DNA from: Mediterranea sp.
Lineage (GTDB): Bacteria > Bacteroidota > Bacteroidia > Bacteroidales > Bacteroidaceae
Direction of reading: 5' to 3'
NCBI GenBank assembly: GCA_031262385.1
Contig: JAISHU010000024.1
Location: forward strand, 318-64,317
Length of the DNA: 64,000 bases
Made by a program: the position numbers and the translations under genes. Every line of letters begins with the position of its first letter. Within the stretch, counting starts at the first letter, position 1. Under the pieces are notes generated by a model, which searched no databases, was not told where the DNA came from, and worked only from the letters and a program-made list of their open reading frames with translations. This document shows positions 32,251 through 43,420 of the stretch, piece after piece.

Positions 32251-34464
32251 TTAACCGCCGAAATAAACGCGCACCTTACCGTAGAATGCACGTCCGGCTT
32301 TTTGTAAACTGAAGTTATCGTAGAGTTTCTCGTTTGTCAGGTTTTTACATTCCACGGAGAAATTGTAACGCCCCTTGCCGATGCTGTACGTCAGACTAAC
32401 ATTGTGGCTGAACTGTGACGGTACGCGCTCTTTGGTGGAAGCGTCGCCCAAATTCTCCCAATAGAGAGGGAAACTGTGCATGTAGAAGTCGTCGTAGGTA
32501 AACGTCAACTGATTGCCGCGCCGCAGAAAGTTGCGCCAAAGCAGTGACAGGTCGGCATTGGCAAACATATAAGGCTGATTGGGCAGACGTGCACCGAAGG
32601 TGAGGCTTGCCTGCTGTGTGCCTCCGTTCGCATAACGTTCGCGGTCGCGTACATCCATATAGTTAAAGGTACCTCCCACTGCCAGCCAACCGGCATACCC
32701 GTAGCGTGCGGACACATTGAAACCTTCGGTACGCACACGTCCGTGGTTCTCGAACGAAGCATAAACTTTATTGCCGCTGTACGAGTCGGTGCGACGGCGG
32801 ATGTAATCGCGTGTGTCGCGATATACCAAACTGCCCTCCGCGTAAAATGTGTGCTTACCGAGACGACTGTCGTAACTTATACTGAGGTTGATGTTGTGGC
32901 TCTGTTCGGGCTTTAGCTCAATCTTACCTATTTCAAGGTCTTCGTCGCCAAAGAGTTCGTCGATGCCCGGCAAGCGATAGGCGCGTTCGTACGAAAGTTT
33001 GACTTGCAGGGGACGGACGATAAAGTAGGTACCTGCGACACCATAGCCCGGTGCAGTCATGTTGTGGTTGCGTCGTTCGTAATTGCCTATGCCGTTGGAG
33101 TTGGTCGAGACCGGACCTTGGTTGTGCTGCGCGTACAATTTGGCGAAGACCGATAAGTTCCATTGTTCGTTCGGCAGCAAGCGGTATTGTAGTCCGGTGA
33201 TATTCTTGGTCGTTACTTTGTCGATGCTGCCGTCCGATATGGACGACGTAACATCGGAGAGGCTGCTGCGTACAAACGACTGCAACACATGGTTCAGCGT
33301 AAAAGAGTGGTGTAGTCCTATGCGGTAGCGGGCACTAAAGGTTCCGTTCCAGTTGTGATTGACGAACTCGGAGTTTTGATACGACTGCTCGCCCGTTTGT
33401 CCGCCCAAGTACTTACGTTCGCCCAGCCAGTTGAAGCGATAAGAGGCGGTGTCGATGTTTTGTGTGAGGTTATTGTTGTAGCCAGCCGTGAGCGTCACAT
33501 CCAGTCCTTTGGTAAACAAGTCGCGCTTGCCGTACTCCAGTGCAGGCATCAGCGAATATCCTTTGCGATGCTTTTCGCCGAAAACCACCTTCTGAATAAC
33601 ACCCGTCTGTATCTCTTTATAGAAGTTCGACCACGTAAAACTCAGCACCAACCGGTCGGCAAAGCTTTTATCGAGCAGACCGACTTTGCCGATAACGGCT
33701 TCGTTGTGATACGTGTCGTTAAAGCGTTTCACATGCTCAATAATCTTCGAGTTGAGCGAAGTACTTCCGTCGGTGTTGAAGTGTTCCACCGGGGTATCCA
33801 CGTAATACGAGTTGTCCGAGTAGTTTTGAAAAGCATTCACCTCGTACATCAGCCCGCTTGGGAACGACTGCCCGAAGTTGACGTACGATTTATGCGTATT
33901 GAACGAACCGTAGGAGTAAGAGGCATCGGCAAACCAGCGGCGTCGTTTCTTGTTGGTGACGATGTTGATAACTCCTCCCAACGCATCGGTGCCGAAGCCT
34001 ACGGGAACCACACCTTTATATACTTCGATGCGTTCGGCAAAACCCACGGGGATGTTGTTCAACCCGAAAGAAACTCCTACCCCTTCTTGCGGCACCCCGT
34101 CTATAAACACTTTGACGTGACGTCCGCTGAAGCCATCGAGCATGTATTGGGTATCCGAACCTACACCGCCCGACTCGCGCAACTTCATACCGGGCAATTT
34201 GCCCAAAGCTTCACTAAGGTTTTTAGTGCTGTTTTGCAACTCGCGCGTATCCACAGCCACCGCATTAAACGGCGTACGCTGCACACGTTTCACTCCACCG
34301 GCAGTTATCACCACCTCGTCGAGTTGCACGTCGCGCAGCGTATCGGCTAAGCTACTCTCCGTAACGTATTTCACGCGTTTCTGTTGTCCGCATACCGATA
34401 CCGAAGGAACTGCCGTCAGTAACAGAAGCGTGAACGAACAGTACTTTGTTATTGCTGTTTTCAT
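32251..34464 (-). CDS. TonB-dependent receptor (probable metal/iron uptake)
   Basis: RESGGVGS plug, ERIEVYKGVVP, GTDALGGVINIVT, C-terminal LQKAGRAFYGKVRVYF. Confidence 0.92.
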   Translation of the reverse strand: MKTAITKYCSFTLLLLTAVPSVSVCGQQKRVKYVTESSLADTLRDVQLDEVVITAGGVKRVQRTPFNAVAVDTRELQNSTKNLSEALGKLPGMKLRESGGVGSDTQYMLDGFSGRHVKVFIDGVPQEGVGVSFGLNNIPVGFAERIEVYKGVVPVGFGTDALGGVINIVTNKKRRRWFADASYSYGSFNTHKSYVNFGQSFPSGLMYEVNAFQNYSDNSYYVDTPVEHFNTDGSTSLNSKIIEHVKRFNDTYHNEAVIGKVGLLDKSFADRLVLSFTWSNFYKEIQTGVIQKVVFGEKHRKGYSLMPALEYGKRDLFTKGLDVTLTAGYNNNLTQNIDTASYRFNWLGERKYLGGQTGEQSYQNSEFVNHNWNGTFSARYRIGLHHSFTLNHVLQSFVRSSLSDVTSSISDGSIDKVTTKNITGLQYRLLPNEQWNLSVFAKLYAQHNQGPVSTNSNGIGNYERRNHNMTAPGYGVAGTYFIVRPLQVKLSYERAYRLPGIDELFGDEDLEIGKIELKPEQSHNINLSISYDSRLGKHTFYAEGSLVYRDTRDYIRRRTDSYSGNKVYASFENHGRVRTEGFNVSARYGYAGWLAVGGTFNYMDVRDRERYANGGTQQASLTFGARLPNQPYMFANADLSLLWRNFLRRGNQLTFTYDDFYMHSFPLYWENLGDASTKERVPSQFSHNVSLTYSIGKGRYNFSVECKNLTNEKLYDNFSLQKAGRAFYGKVRVYFGG

Positions 34465-34548
34465 TCTTTTTACCTATAAAAATTCGATTGATTTTGACAC
34501 TGCAAAGGTCTTGCTTATTCCGTCGTCCGTCAATCGCTATTTACAGGT

Positions 34549-34587
34549 AAAAAAAATGCCTGTCGTGTGGTCAAAGCACGACAGGCA
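34549..34587 (-). terminator. Intrinsic terminator after bioF
   Basis: TGCCTGTCGTG/CACGACAGGCA stem with an A8 run, which is a U tract on the minus strand. Confidence 0.8.
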
Positions 34588-34623
34588 ATCCCTATTTATG
34601 GGTAGTGAAGTTGGATACAGACT

Positions 34624-35775
34624 TTATAGACAAGCCAGCAGTCGTTCTATCTCATCCTCTGCGAGGGCTGCCGTAAGCGAAAAACGAATGCGCGAGCCTC
34701 CTTCGGGTACCGTAGGCGGGCGTACGGGCAACGCATAGAAGCCGCAACTTTGTAGCATTGATGCTTTTTCGACCGCTTCGGCACTGCTGCCCGTAACCAG
34801 CGGAACAATGTGGCTGTTGCCCGGAGAGGTGTAACCTTTGGCTTGCAAGCCCGCCCGCAATTTGTGACTGATAGTTTGCAGATGTTCGCGCCTGCGGGCA
34901 TAGTCGACTGAATCGCCGGCAAGGACAAACTGTGTCCACGCCACGTTGATCGGTGGAAGTGCAGTGCTGAATATCAGGGTACGCATTTTGTTTATCAGGT
35001 AGTTGCGCACGGTTTGATTGCACACCAAGTAGGCGCCCATGGAAGCTGCCGCTTTGCCAAACGTGCCCACCAGAAAATCTATATCGCCCGTGCATTGTTG
35101 TTCTTCGGCACACCCCAGCCCCGTAGCACCCCGCACGCCAAAGGCATGCGCTTCGTCCACGTAAAGCAACACATTCTCGTAGCGGCGTTTCAATTCGACC
35201 AACTTTGGCAGGTCGGCCTCGTCACCGTCCATACTGAAGATGCTTTCGGTAACAACCACTATTTGCCTGTACGTCGTGTGATGTTCGTTCAGCAGGCGTT
35301 CTAATTGACTCATGTCGTTGTGGCGGTAGCGAATGCAACGTGCCGCAGAGAGTCGGATACCGTCGATAAGACTGGCGTGTACCAATTTATCGGCGAGTAT
35401 CAGCGTATGTGCATCGGTAACGGCGGGCAGTATGCCGGTGTTAGCGTGATAACCGCTGTTGAAGAGCAGCGCCGCTTCGGCGTGAAAGCGTTCGGCGAGC
35501 CACTGTTCCAACGCCTCGTACTCGGCAAAGTTACCCGTCAGCAGACGCGACGACGACGAGGTAAACAGATGCCGTACGGCATCGCTTTCACAGAACTTCT
35601 GTCGCAACGTGTCATCGGCGGCTAAGCCCAGATAGTCGTTGGACGACAGATTAAGCATTTGCCGCCCCTCCACCACGATATACTTGCCTTGGTGTTGCTG
35701 ACGGGGTAGCGTGCGCAGGTTGCTTTGTGCCCGCAGGTTTTGCAGCTCTTGCTGCATGTCGTCTATGAGCGACAT
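34624..35775 (-). CDS. bioF: 8-amino-7-oxononanoate synthase
   Basis: [41 protein letters not shown]. Confidence 0.95.
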   Translation of the reverse strand: MSLIDDMQQELQNLRAQSNLRTLPRQQHQGKYIVVEGRQMLNLSSNDYLGLAADDTLRQKFCESDAVRHLFTSSSSRLLTGNFAEYEALEQWLAERFHAEAALLFNSGYHANTGILPAVTDAHTLILADKLVHASLIDGIRLSAARCIRYRHNDMSQLERLLNEHHTTYRQIVVVTESIFSMDGDEADLPKLVELKRRYENVLLYVDEAHAFGVRGATGLGCAEEQQCTGDIDFLVGTFGKAAASMGAYLVCNQTVRNYLINKMRTLIFSTALPPINVAWTQFVLAGDSVDYARRREHLQTISHKLRAGLQAKGYTSPGNSHIVPLVTGSSAEAVEKASMLQSCGFYALPVRPPTVPEGGSRIRFSLTAALAEDEIERLLACL

Positions 35776-38021
35776 GAGGCAACCACGTTGATAAGTGCGC
35801 CGGTAAGCTTCGTGAGTTGTGGCGGCTCTATTATATAAGGTGGCATCACATATACCAATCGTCCGAAAGGACGCACCCAAACACCTTCGTCTACAAAGCG
35901 TTGTTGCATGCGTGCCATATCCACAGGTTCTTTCATTTCGATAACACCGATAGCACCCAGTACCCGCACGTCGGCAACTTGAGGCAACTGTTTGGCGGGA
36001 AGAAGTTCATCGCGCATTTGCGCTTCGATGCGGGCTACGCGCTTCTGCCAATCGTATTCGGGTGACATTAGCAATTTGATAGAGGCGGCAGCTACGGCAC
36101 AAGCCAGCGGATTGCCCATAAAGGTAGGTCCGTGCATAAAGGTGCCCGGAGCGTTGTTGGATATGGTATCCGCCACTTCGTTGGTAGCCAGCACTGCTGA
36201 GAATGTCAGGTAGCCGCCCGTAAGTGCTTTGCCGATGCATAGGATGTCGGGCACTACGCCGGCATGTTCCCATGCAAAGAGTTTGCCGGTGCGACCGAAG
36301 CCGGTGGCTATCTCGTCGAATATCAGCAGCAAGTCGTATTTTTTGCAGATTCTTGCCGCTTCTATCAGATACTGCGGATGATAGAACCACATGCCGCCCG
36401 TACCTTGTACAATAGGTTCCAGAATCAGTGCGGCGAGTTCGGTGTGATGTGCCGCGATGCAAGCTTCCAGTTCGTCGGCATCGGACGGATGCCACTCTCC
36501 GTCTATACGTGAAGTGGGGCGTGGTACAAAGTAGCGTACCGGCAGCGACGAGCCGAAGAGCGAGTGCATGCCCGTAACGGGGTCGCACACCGACATGGCA
36601 TTCCATGTGTCGCCGTGGTAGCCGTTGCGAATGGTTACGAAGTTGCTTTTGGCTGCCAGACGTTCGTTGCCGGTAGCCTTGCTTTTGGCATATTGGTATT
36701 GTACAGCCATTTTCATGGCAACTTCTACCGATACCGAACCGCTGTCGGCATAGAATATCTTTTGCAACGGGGCGGGCAAGATAGAGAGCAGCAGTTTACC
36801 CAGTTCGATGGCAGGTTGATGTGTCAATCCGCCGAACATCACATGTGACATCTTCGCAATTTGCTCTGTCAGCGCGCGGTTCAGCACGGGGTGATTGTAA
36901 CCGTGTATCATGCACCACCACGACGACATTCCTTCGATAAGCGTGCGTCCGTCTTTCAGTGTGATAGTGGCACCGTCGCCACGCTCCACCTGATAGACCG
37001 GCAGCGGATTGGTGGTCGAAGTGTAGGGATGCCACAAGTGTTCGCGGTCGAACTGCGAATCGCTGAAGTGGTAGCCGGCTTCGGTAATGAGTTGCTTGTC
37101 CTTGGACACCTGCGAGCCGAGCGTCGTCAGCATGTCGCCTACAATGGCAGAGTTTACTCCTATGTGCAACGCTTTCTTTACAGCCTCTTCGCTGAGTTGT
37201 GCCCGTCCGCCGGCAAAACGCAGATAGGCGGTGGGGTTGATAAAGCGAAACAGGGCAATGGTCGTAAGAATCTCTTCTTCGGTAAGTGGTGTTTGATGCT
37301 CCAACGGCGTTCCGGCAATGGGTTGCAGCAGGTTAATGGGGATAGAGAGTATTTCCAGTTCGCGCAGCGTAAAGGCAAATTCGATGCGTTGTTTCAGGCT
37401 TTCGCCCATGCCGATGATACCGCCGCTACATACCTCCATGCCTACGGCACGTGCCGCACGCAGTGTGGCTACTTTCTCTTCTTGAGTGTGGGTGCTGCAA
37501 AGCGTGGGGAAGTAACTGGGAGCCGTTTCGAGGTTGCAGTGATAGCGTGTCACGCCTGCCTCGTGCAGGTTGCGCAGCTCTTCTTGTCCCAGCAATCCCA
37601 ACGAAGCGCACAGGTGTATCGAACTATGTTGGCGCATGTAGCGTACCGACTCGCACACTTTGTCCATGTTGCGCGGCGAGAGTTTACGTCCGCTCGTGAC
37701 CAACGAGAAGCGTGCCACGCCTTGTGCCTGATTGGCTTCGGCATGTGTCAGACACTCTTCTTTGTCCACCAGTTCATATACGTCGGCTTTGGTGTGATAA
37801 TGAGATGACTGTGCACACCACTTGCAGTTTTCGGGACAGCGCCCCGACTTGGCATTGATAATGGAACACATGTCGAATTCTTGCGAAGCAAGCGCTACGG
37901 TGATGCGGTGTGCGGCTTCATACAAGGCGGGTTTATCGGGGTGTGTAGCCAACCATTCTGCCTCTTCGGGCGTAACGGCACCCCCTGTCAGCACACGCTT
38001 TTCCAAATTTTCTAAAGTCAT
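35763..38021 (-). CDS. bioB-bioA: Fused biotin synthase (BioB) and DAPA aminotransferase (BioA)
   Basis: Radical [11 protein letters not shown] and YHCNLET, then in the same frame [22 protein letters not shown] and GKALTGG. Confidence 0.93.
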   Translation of the reverse strand: MTLENLEKRVLTGGAVTPEEAEWLATHPDKPALYEAAHRITVALASQEFDMCSIINAKSGRCPENCKWCAQSSHYHTKADVYELVDKEECLTHAEANQAQGVARFSLVTSGRKLSPRNMDKVCESVRYMRQHSSIHLCASLGLLGQEELRNLHEAGVTRYHCNLETAPSYFPTLCSTHTQEEKVATLRAARAVGMEVCSGGIIGMGESLKQRIEFAFTLRELEILSIPINLLQPIAGTPLEHQTPLTEEEILTTIALFRFINPTAYLRFAGGRAQLSEEAVKKALHIGVNSAIVGDMLTTLGSQVSKDKQLITEAGYHFSDSQFDREHLWHPYTSTTNPLPVYQVERGDGATITLKDGRTLIEGMSSWWCMIHGYNHPVLNRALTEQIAKMSHVMFGGLTHQPAIELGKLLLSILPAPLQKIFYADSGSVSVEVAMKMAVQYQYAKSKATGNERLAAKSNFVTIRNGYHGDTWNAMSVCDPVTGMHSLFGSSLPVRYFVPRPTSRIDGEWHPSDADELEACIAAHHTELAALILEPIVQGTGGMWFYHPQYLIEAARICKKYDLLLIFDEIATGFGRTGKLFAWEHAGVVPDILCIGKALTGGYLTFSAVLATNEVADTISNNAPGTFMHGPTFMGNPLACAVAAASIKLLMSPEYDWQKRVARIEAQMRDELLPAKQLPQVADVRVLGAIGVIEMKEPVDMARMQQRFVDEGVWVRPFGRLVYVMPPYIIEPPQLTKLTGALINVVASCRS

Positions 38022-38245
38022 GATAGTAAGTTTAAACACTATACAGTTGTAAGATTTAGATATCGTTTTGATTATAAGCGGGCGCAAAGTTACAAAGAAG
38101 AGCGAATTATTATTAACATACGAACTATTTAATGTTAAACGCACCTCTTTTTATTAAACTTCTTGGTGGGGCGGCAGTCATAGGGGAAACAAACAACCAA
38201 CAAAAGATAGTTAAAACAAATGTTTCATTTAAATTACAAACAGTT

Positions 38246-38635
38246 ATGAAGAAGTATTTATTGTTATTAGTAGCTGCCCTGCTTGTAGGAGGTACGGCTA
38301 TGGCTCAAGGTCCCCGTAGAATGGATCCCGAACAAATGACGGAGCGTATGGTAAAGCAGTATAAACTGGATGACAAGCAGAAGGGTAAAGTGCTCGAAGC
38401 AAACAAAGCCTTCACAGAAAAGATGCGCGGTATATTTGCCGGCGGACAACCGGGACAATTTACCGATGCGCAACGCGAAGAGATGACCAAAGCGCGCGAA
38501 GCTTACAGCACGAAGCTGAAAGGCATCTTAACAAAAGAGCAGTTTGCTGCCTATACCAAAGATCAAGAGAACAGAGGTATGCGTCGCGGTGGACAAGGTG
38601 GTCCGAGAGGTCCTCGTAACATGCACCGTCGATAA
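38246..38635 (+). CDS. Small exported helical protein (DUF4890-like)
   Basis: Signal peptide, TERMVKQYKL...LKGILTKEQFAAY pattern, Gly/Arg-rich tail. Confidence 0.7.
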   Translation: MKKYLLLLVAALLVGGTAMAQGPRRMDPEQMTERMVKQYKLDDKQKGKVLEANKAFTEKMRGIFAGGQPGQFTDAQREEMTKAREAYSTKLKGILTKEQFAAYTKDQENRGMRRGGQGGPRGPRNMHRR

Positions 38636-38677
38636 AGAGAAGAGTTGTTTTCAGGAATTTGTAAAAACGTATCGAAC

Positions 38678-38745
38678 TCAGAAGCTGTTTGGTTTTATTG
38701 AAATAGCTCTCAAATCAAGATTACTCAAATTAAAACAGCTTCTAA
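38678..38745. repeat. ~65-bp palindromic REP/MITE-like repeat (full copy)
   Basis: TCAGAAGCTGTTTGGTTT...AAATTAAAACAGCTTCTAA inverted arms. Confidence 0.7.
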
Positions 38746-38791
38746 AGGTAGAAAGGGTCGTTAGTTATATCTAATCTTCGTTTCTACATCC

Positions 38792-38838
38792 GGGAAACCG
38801 TCTTTTCCTGTCAAGGGAGAGGGCGGTTTCCCTTTTTT
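38792..38838 (+). terminator. Intrinsic terminator
   Basis: GGGAAACCGTC...GGCGGTTTCCC stem followed by T6. Confidence 0.75.
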
Positions 38839-38868
38839 GAGCTGGTCGTGTGCGGGTAGAAGTTGGGA

Positions 38869-39380
38869 GACGCATCCTTGACAAAGTGTCAAAACGTCAA
38901 ACGAACCCTCGAAAAACGGGCTTATTTCGGACTAAGGGACGGCTTGGTGACTTTCGTGCGAGTATAGCGCGTTAAACTATGTAAAATAGGCTACTCAATC
39001 TGCACACTCACAGAAAGATACGAGGAAATTATGTCAAAAAACAAAAAGCGTGTTCAGCGCGAAAAAACAGCCCCAAAAAGAACTTTATGAAATTATCCCG
39101 GCAAGTTAGCGTGATAACTTGCCGGGATAACACAATAATTTGCCGGGAAATACAGCTTAACTTACCGAGATAATTTGCTAAGCCGGCAGTTAATTCATTG
39201 TTTTTGCGTCGACAGTTCGTTGTTTCCGTGCGGATGATTCGTTGTTTCCGCCGAGTTGATTCGTTGTTTTCGTGTTTGCAACGAACTGACTACGGGTTCG
39301 GAGTGCGTTCTCTTCCGGCTGAGCACTCTTTTTTCGCAAAGTACGAGTTAGCAAAAAGCGCAATATTGTGACATTCTGAT
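38869..39380 (+). repeat. ~560-bp dispersed intergenic element, copy 3 (variant 64-bp segment, octamer tail missing)
   Basis: Aligns with copy 1 except at 39273-39336. Ends 5 nt from the GH127 stop codon. Confidence 0.93.
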
Positions 39381-39385
39381 ACCTT

Positions 39386-41722
39386 TTATCTCTTTATCAG
39401 CCTCACTTCGTAACAGCGAGGCGTCATATTAGCGCTCTCCTTTTCTATTCTTACCACAATTTCGCCTTGCCTGCTTTCGGCGGGCAGAGGAAGCTCTACC
39501 GTAGTACTTTCGGCGGTGAGGGTGCCTATTACCCGACCGTTAACCAAAACACGTGCGTCGTTGCGGGGGCTTGACTGACAACGTATATACAAGGTGTTTG
39601 CCCGGTTGTCGGTTTTCATGCGATAGCTAAACCATCCGCGTGCTGCACGCCAGTGCTCTCCGGTTTCGTCGTCGGTACCTATCATAGAGTGTTCCGACTC
39701 CATGAAGTGGTCGCTTTCGGGTTGCTGTTCGCCGCACGTTACTTTGTCGGTGGTAACGGCATCGAGCGCCATGCGTTGGGCTTCGCTGCGCGCCAGTTCC
39801 TGTTCGTGTCGGTTCAACTCTTCGGGCGTAACCAACGGAAAGTAGAGGGAGTAACGACATTCGTAAAGACGATAGAAAGGTTCCAGCGTGAGTTGTTTGT
39901 AGCGGGTGGGATAGAGGTGCGTCAACGTATAGGTCAGTGGTTTGTCGGCAACGGGTTGCAGATAAGCCAGCAAGCTGTCGGCAGCACCCACAAGGGTGGG
40001 AGCTTCGGTCAGCGGGAGTCTCGGTCCGTGAGCAATGTGTCCACCGCGACTGTCGTCGGCAAACAGTCCGTCTTGGTTCTCTTTACCCATGTTTGCCGCC
40101 AGCACAATAGGTCCGTAAGTAAACGAATAATTAGGCGAACCGTCGGGTAGTCCGACCGCTTTGAGCGTCATAGGCAGCGAAAGCTTTATAGTATCGCCTG
40201 CCTTCCATGTGCGGTTCAGCACGATGTATCCCTTTTGAACAGGCGGAGTTATCGGCTTGTCGTTTATCGTTACGCTCCATTGTCCGCTCCATGCCGGCAA
40301 GCGGAAATGAATAGCAAAAGTTTGCTCTTCGCCTTCGGCAACGACAAGGGTAGTGCCTGCTTCGTTGGGGAAGTCGTTGCGCTGTTCGATGATGACGTGT
40401 CGTTGTTTCCAGTCCAGCGTGGAGGGAATAAACAGGTTTACATAAAGTTCGCCTTGTTGATGTCCGTATATCATCTCACCGTAGCGGGCATGATTCTCCA
40501 TCCCCGAACCCACGCAGCACCAGAAACTGGTTTGCGGTTGCGAGTAGACGCGGTAGTGTCCCGAACGCATGGGCGTGAAATAGACCAGTCCGCCTTGCAC
40601 GGGGTTTTGACTGGCAAGGATATGGTTGTAGAGTGCCCGTTCGTAGTAATCCATGTAGGCGGCATTGCCCGAGGTGGCGTAGAGCATAGCGGTCAGGCGC
40701 AGCATATTGTATGTGTTGCAGGTCTCCACTCCCTGTTCGCTACGCAACATGCGTTCGAAATTGTCGGTGGGGTGGAAATGCTCGTCTACACTGTTGCCGC
40801 CAATAGAAATGGTGCGGTGGTCTACCACATTGTGCCAAAAGTAGTCGGCGGCATTGCTCCATGTACGGTTGTCTTCTAAGTCGGCAATGCGCTTAAAGCC
40901 GATTACTTTGGGGATTTGTGTGTTGGCATGCATGCCGGTGAGTTTGTCTTCTCCGTTGAGCAGCGGTTGCAGTACCAGTTGGTGCGAGAAGCGGTGTGCC
41001 AGTTGGAGGTAACGTTTGTCGCCCGTAATATCGGCTACGTCGGCAAACACTTCGTTCAGTCCGCCGTGTTCGCTGCGTAGCATGTCTTGCATCTGTGCAT
41101 CGGTGAGTTTGTCGGTGATGCTTATCATCCAGTCGGTGAGTTTTACCAACATCTCTTTCGCCGTTTCGCTGCCTGCCATTAAGTAAGCATCGCGCAGTCC
41201 GGCGTAGGTTTTATGAATGTTATAGAGCGGCACCCAATGGTCGTTCAGGCTGAACGCCTGCGCACGTATGTTGCCTGCCTGAATCTCTTTCCAGATAGCT
41301 TCTCCGCCGGGTGTACCGCACAGATAGCCGTCGCCCGAAGCATCTTGGGCACGTTTTAGCTCGGCGAGCATGTAGTCCAATCGTTCTTTGATGCGGGCAT
41401 CTCCTGTAGAGGCATACATGTAGGCGAGAGCCGACAGATAATGTCCGCCGATGTGTCCGTCCAGTCCGGTGTTTTCCCAATTGGGATAGTTCTCGGCTTT
41501 GGGTGTTAGTCCGCCACCTTTCAGGTAGGGAGCTGCCAAGCGGTCGGCATCCAGTCCCAAGAGGTAACAGATGTCGGCTTGTTGAGCATGACGGAACGGG
41601 CTGTCGGTAAGCCTTACTTGTGACAGCGGAAAAGACTCAATCCGCTGTTGCGTCTGTCCGCTCACAGGCAGACAGAACACAGCAGACAGGATAAAAAGAG
41701 AAATAATACCTAATGATTTCAT
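39386..41722 (-). CDS. GH127/GH146 beta-L-arabinofuranosidase-like glycoside hydrolase
   Basis: GHIGGHYLSA, EHGGLNE, HANTQIPK, ETCNTYNML and WCCVGSG motifs; signal peptide. Confidence 0.9.
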   Translation of the reverse strand: MKSLGIISLFILSAVFCLPVSGQTQQRIESFPLSQVRLTDSPFRHAQQADICYLLGLDADRLAAPYLKGGGLTPKAENYPNWENTGLDGHIGGHYLSALAYMYASTGDARIKERLDYMLAELKRAQDASGDGYLCGTPGGEAIWKEIQAGNIRAQAFSLNDHWVPLYNIHKTYAGLRDAYLMAGSETAKEMLVKLTDWMISITDKLTDAQMQDMLRSEHGGLNEVFADVADITGDKRYLQLAHRFSHQLVLQPLLNGEDKLTGMHANTQIPKVIGFKRIADLEDNRTWSNAADYFWHNVVDHRTISIGGNSVDEHFHPTDNFERMLRSEQGVETCNTYNMLRLTAMLYATSGNAAYMDYYERALYNHILASQNPVQGGLVYFTPMRSGHYRVYSQPQTSFWCCVGSGMENHARYGEMIYGHQQGELYVNLFIPSTLDWKQRHVIIEQRNDFPNEAGTTLVVAEGEEQTFAIHFRLPAWSGQWSVTINDKPITPPVQKGYIVLNRTWKAGDTIKLSLPMTLKAVGLPDGSPNYSFTYGPIVLAANMGKENQDGLFADDSRGGHIAHGPRLPLTEAPTLVGAADSLLAYLQPVADKPLTYTLTHLYPTRYKQLTLEPFYRLYECRYSLYFPLVTPEELNRHEQELARSEAQRMALDAVTTDKVTCGEQQPESDHFMESEHSMIGTDDETGEHWRAARGWFSYRMKTDNRANTLYIRCQSSPRNDARVLVNGRVIGTLTAESTTVELPLPAESRQGEIVVRIEKESANMTPRCYEVRLIKR

Positions 41723-41749
41723 AAACCTTTTACTTAATAAAAAATAATA

Positions 41750-43387
41750 TTAATTTGAATAACCGGGGTTCTGTTTCAGGTTGCCGTTGGTGCGCAACTG
41801 TCTATTGGGTATAGGGAAAATGTTTTTGGTAGCATCGCTCTTGTCGTGCGAGAACCACGACAGAGTGGTGAAGGCGTTGAAGCGTACCATATCCTGACGA
41901 CGGCGACCTTCTTGTGTAAATTCCCAACCCAGTTCGTCGAGCATTCGACCGTACTGTATAATAGAGGTGTCATCGGATGTGGGCGGAACCAAGTTGTCAC
42001 GTCTGCCGTAGTCGTAGATGGTTCCGGAGGCTTCGAGTTGTGCCGCCGTAACGGTGGCTTTGTTCGGCTGGGCGGTGAAGTTGCGTGCGCGTACTTGCGT
42101 AACCAGTTCGGCTGCTTCGGCAGCATGTCCCGAACGCAACAACGCTTCGGCTTTCATCAGTAGCACATCGGCATAGCGGAAGACGGGGAAGTCATTACTC
42201 AGGCGGTTGGTGATACCCATGGCGTATTCAAACTTACCCCAACGCAAACCGTGTACCTCTTCGGAGTCGTCGATGCTGGGCACTTCGTTGATATAAGCCA
42301 GCGGTTGACCGGTGAGGGCACCCATGGTACAATTCAATACCGTACCCGACGAAGAGTATTGTTGTCCCTTGATGAAGCCGTTGGCGAGTCGTTCGTCGTC
42401 GGCATCAAACGAATTGATATATTGCGGAATGACGCATACACCGCCCCACGGACCTGCTTGGAAGTTGTACGTTTGCTGGTTGGAGGGTTGCAGTGTGTAC
42501 ATGTGATAGTCGAAGGCGTTCCAGTCGGTGACGTATGTCTCGTCGAACGGCAAGGCAAAGATGATCTCTTTGGAGTTCTCGTTGTTGGTGATAAACACCA
42601 GTCGCTGTTCACTCTCCAAGAGATACTGTCCCATGTTGATAATCCGGTCGCAAGCTTCTATACAGGCATCCCATTCGGTGTTGTTGCCGTCCGAGAATAC
42701 TTGTGCATTGAGATACATTTTAGCCATCAGGGCATAGCCTGCCCATTTGTTGAACCGTCCGTAGTGCTCGGTGTCGATGGCTTCGCTGAGCAGCGGCACG
42801 TTGGTGGTGAGTTCGCTCATGATAAAGTCGTACACCTCTTTGCGGGTGCTCTGTTCGGGCAGATAACCTTCGGGCACGTCGAACTGCGTTACCAGCGGCA
42901 CGTTGGCGAAGAGGTCTACCAATATATAATAATAGGAGGCACGCAACACTTTTAGTTCGGCTACAATAACCTCCTGTTTTTCGCCCAGTGCAATCTGTCC
43001 CGACTCTATCTGAAAGAGCACACGGTTGCAGGCGTTAATGCCGGTGTAGGTACGATCCCACGACACCACTACCACTTCGTCGTCGGCTGTCCATGTGTGT
43101 TGATGCATGCGTTTATAGATACCGCCGTCTACCCAACCGTTGGGGCGTGCGGGGATAACATCTTCGTCGGAGCTTAACATTTGTGCCCGTGCTACGCCGT
43201 TCCATAGCAGGAACGTTTGGCGCCAAGGGATGTATGCCGATGAGAGGAGTGCTCCCAAATCATCTTCGCCCGGCTGAAAACCGTCGGCTACAATGTTGGT
43301 ATAGTTCCTGTCCAGTAGGTTGGTGCACGATGAGGCGCCGATGATTAAGGCTCCTGCCAGTGCGTATATCATTATTTTAGCTTTCAT
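41750..43387 (-). CDS. SusD/RagB nutrient-binding lipoprotein
   Basis: Lipobox ASSC, FRYADVLLMKAEA, EGRRRQDMVRF, QNPGY. Confidence 0.95.
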   Translation of the reverse strand: MKAKIMIYALAGALIIGASSCTNLLDRNYTNIVADGFQPGEDDLGALLSSAYIPWRQTFLLWNGVARAQMLSSDEDVIPARPNGWVDGGIYKRMHQHTWTADDEVVVVSWDRTYTGINACNRVLFQIESGQIALGEKQEVIVAELKVLRASYYYILVDLFANVPLVTQFDVPEGYLPEQSTRKEVYDFIMSELTTNVPLLSEAIDTEHYGRFNKWAGYALMAKMYLNAQVFSDGNNTEWDACIEACDRIINMGQYLLESEQRLVFITNNENSKEIIFALPFDETYVTDWNAFDYHMYTLQPSNQQTYNFQAGPWGGVCVIPQYINSFDADDERLANGFIKGQQYSSSGTVLNCTMGALTGQPLAYINEVPSIDDSEEVHGLRWGKFEYAMGITNRLSNDFPVFRYADVLLMKAEALLRSGHAAEAAELVTQVRARNFTAQPNKATVTAAQLEASGTIYDYGRRDNLVPPTSDDTSIIQYGRMLDELGWEFTQEGRRRQDMVRFNAFTTLSWFSHDKSDATKNIFPIPNRQLRTNGNLKQNPGYSN

Positions 43388-43420
43388 AATCTGTTGTTTT
43401 TTAAGCGGAAGATTCCACGG

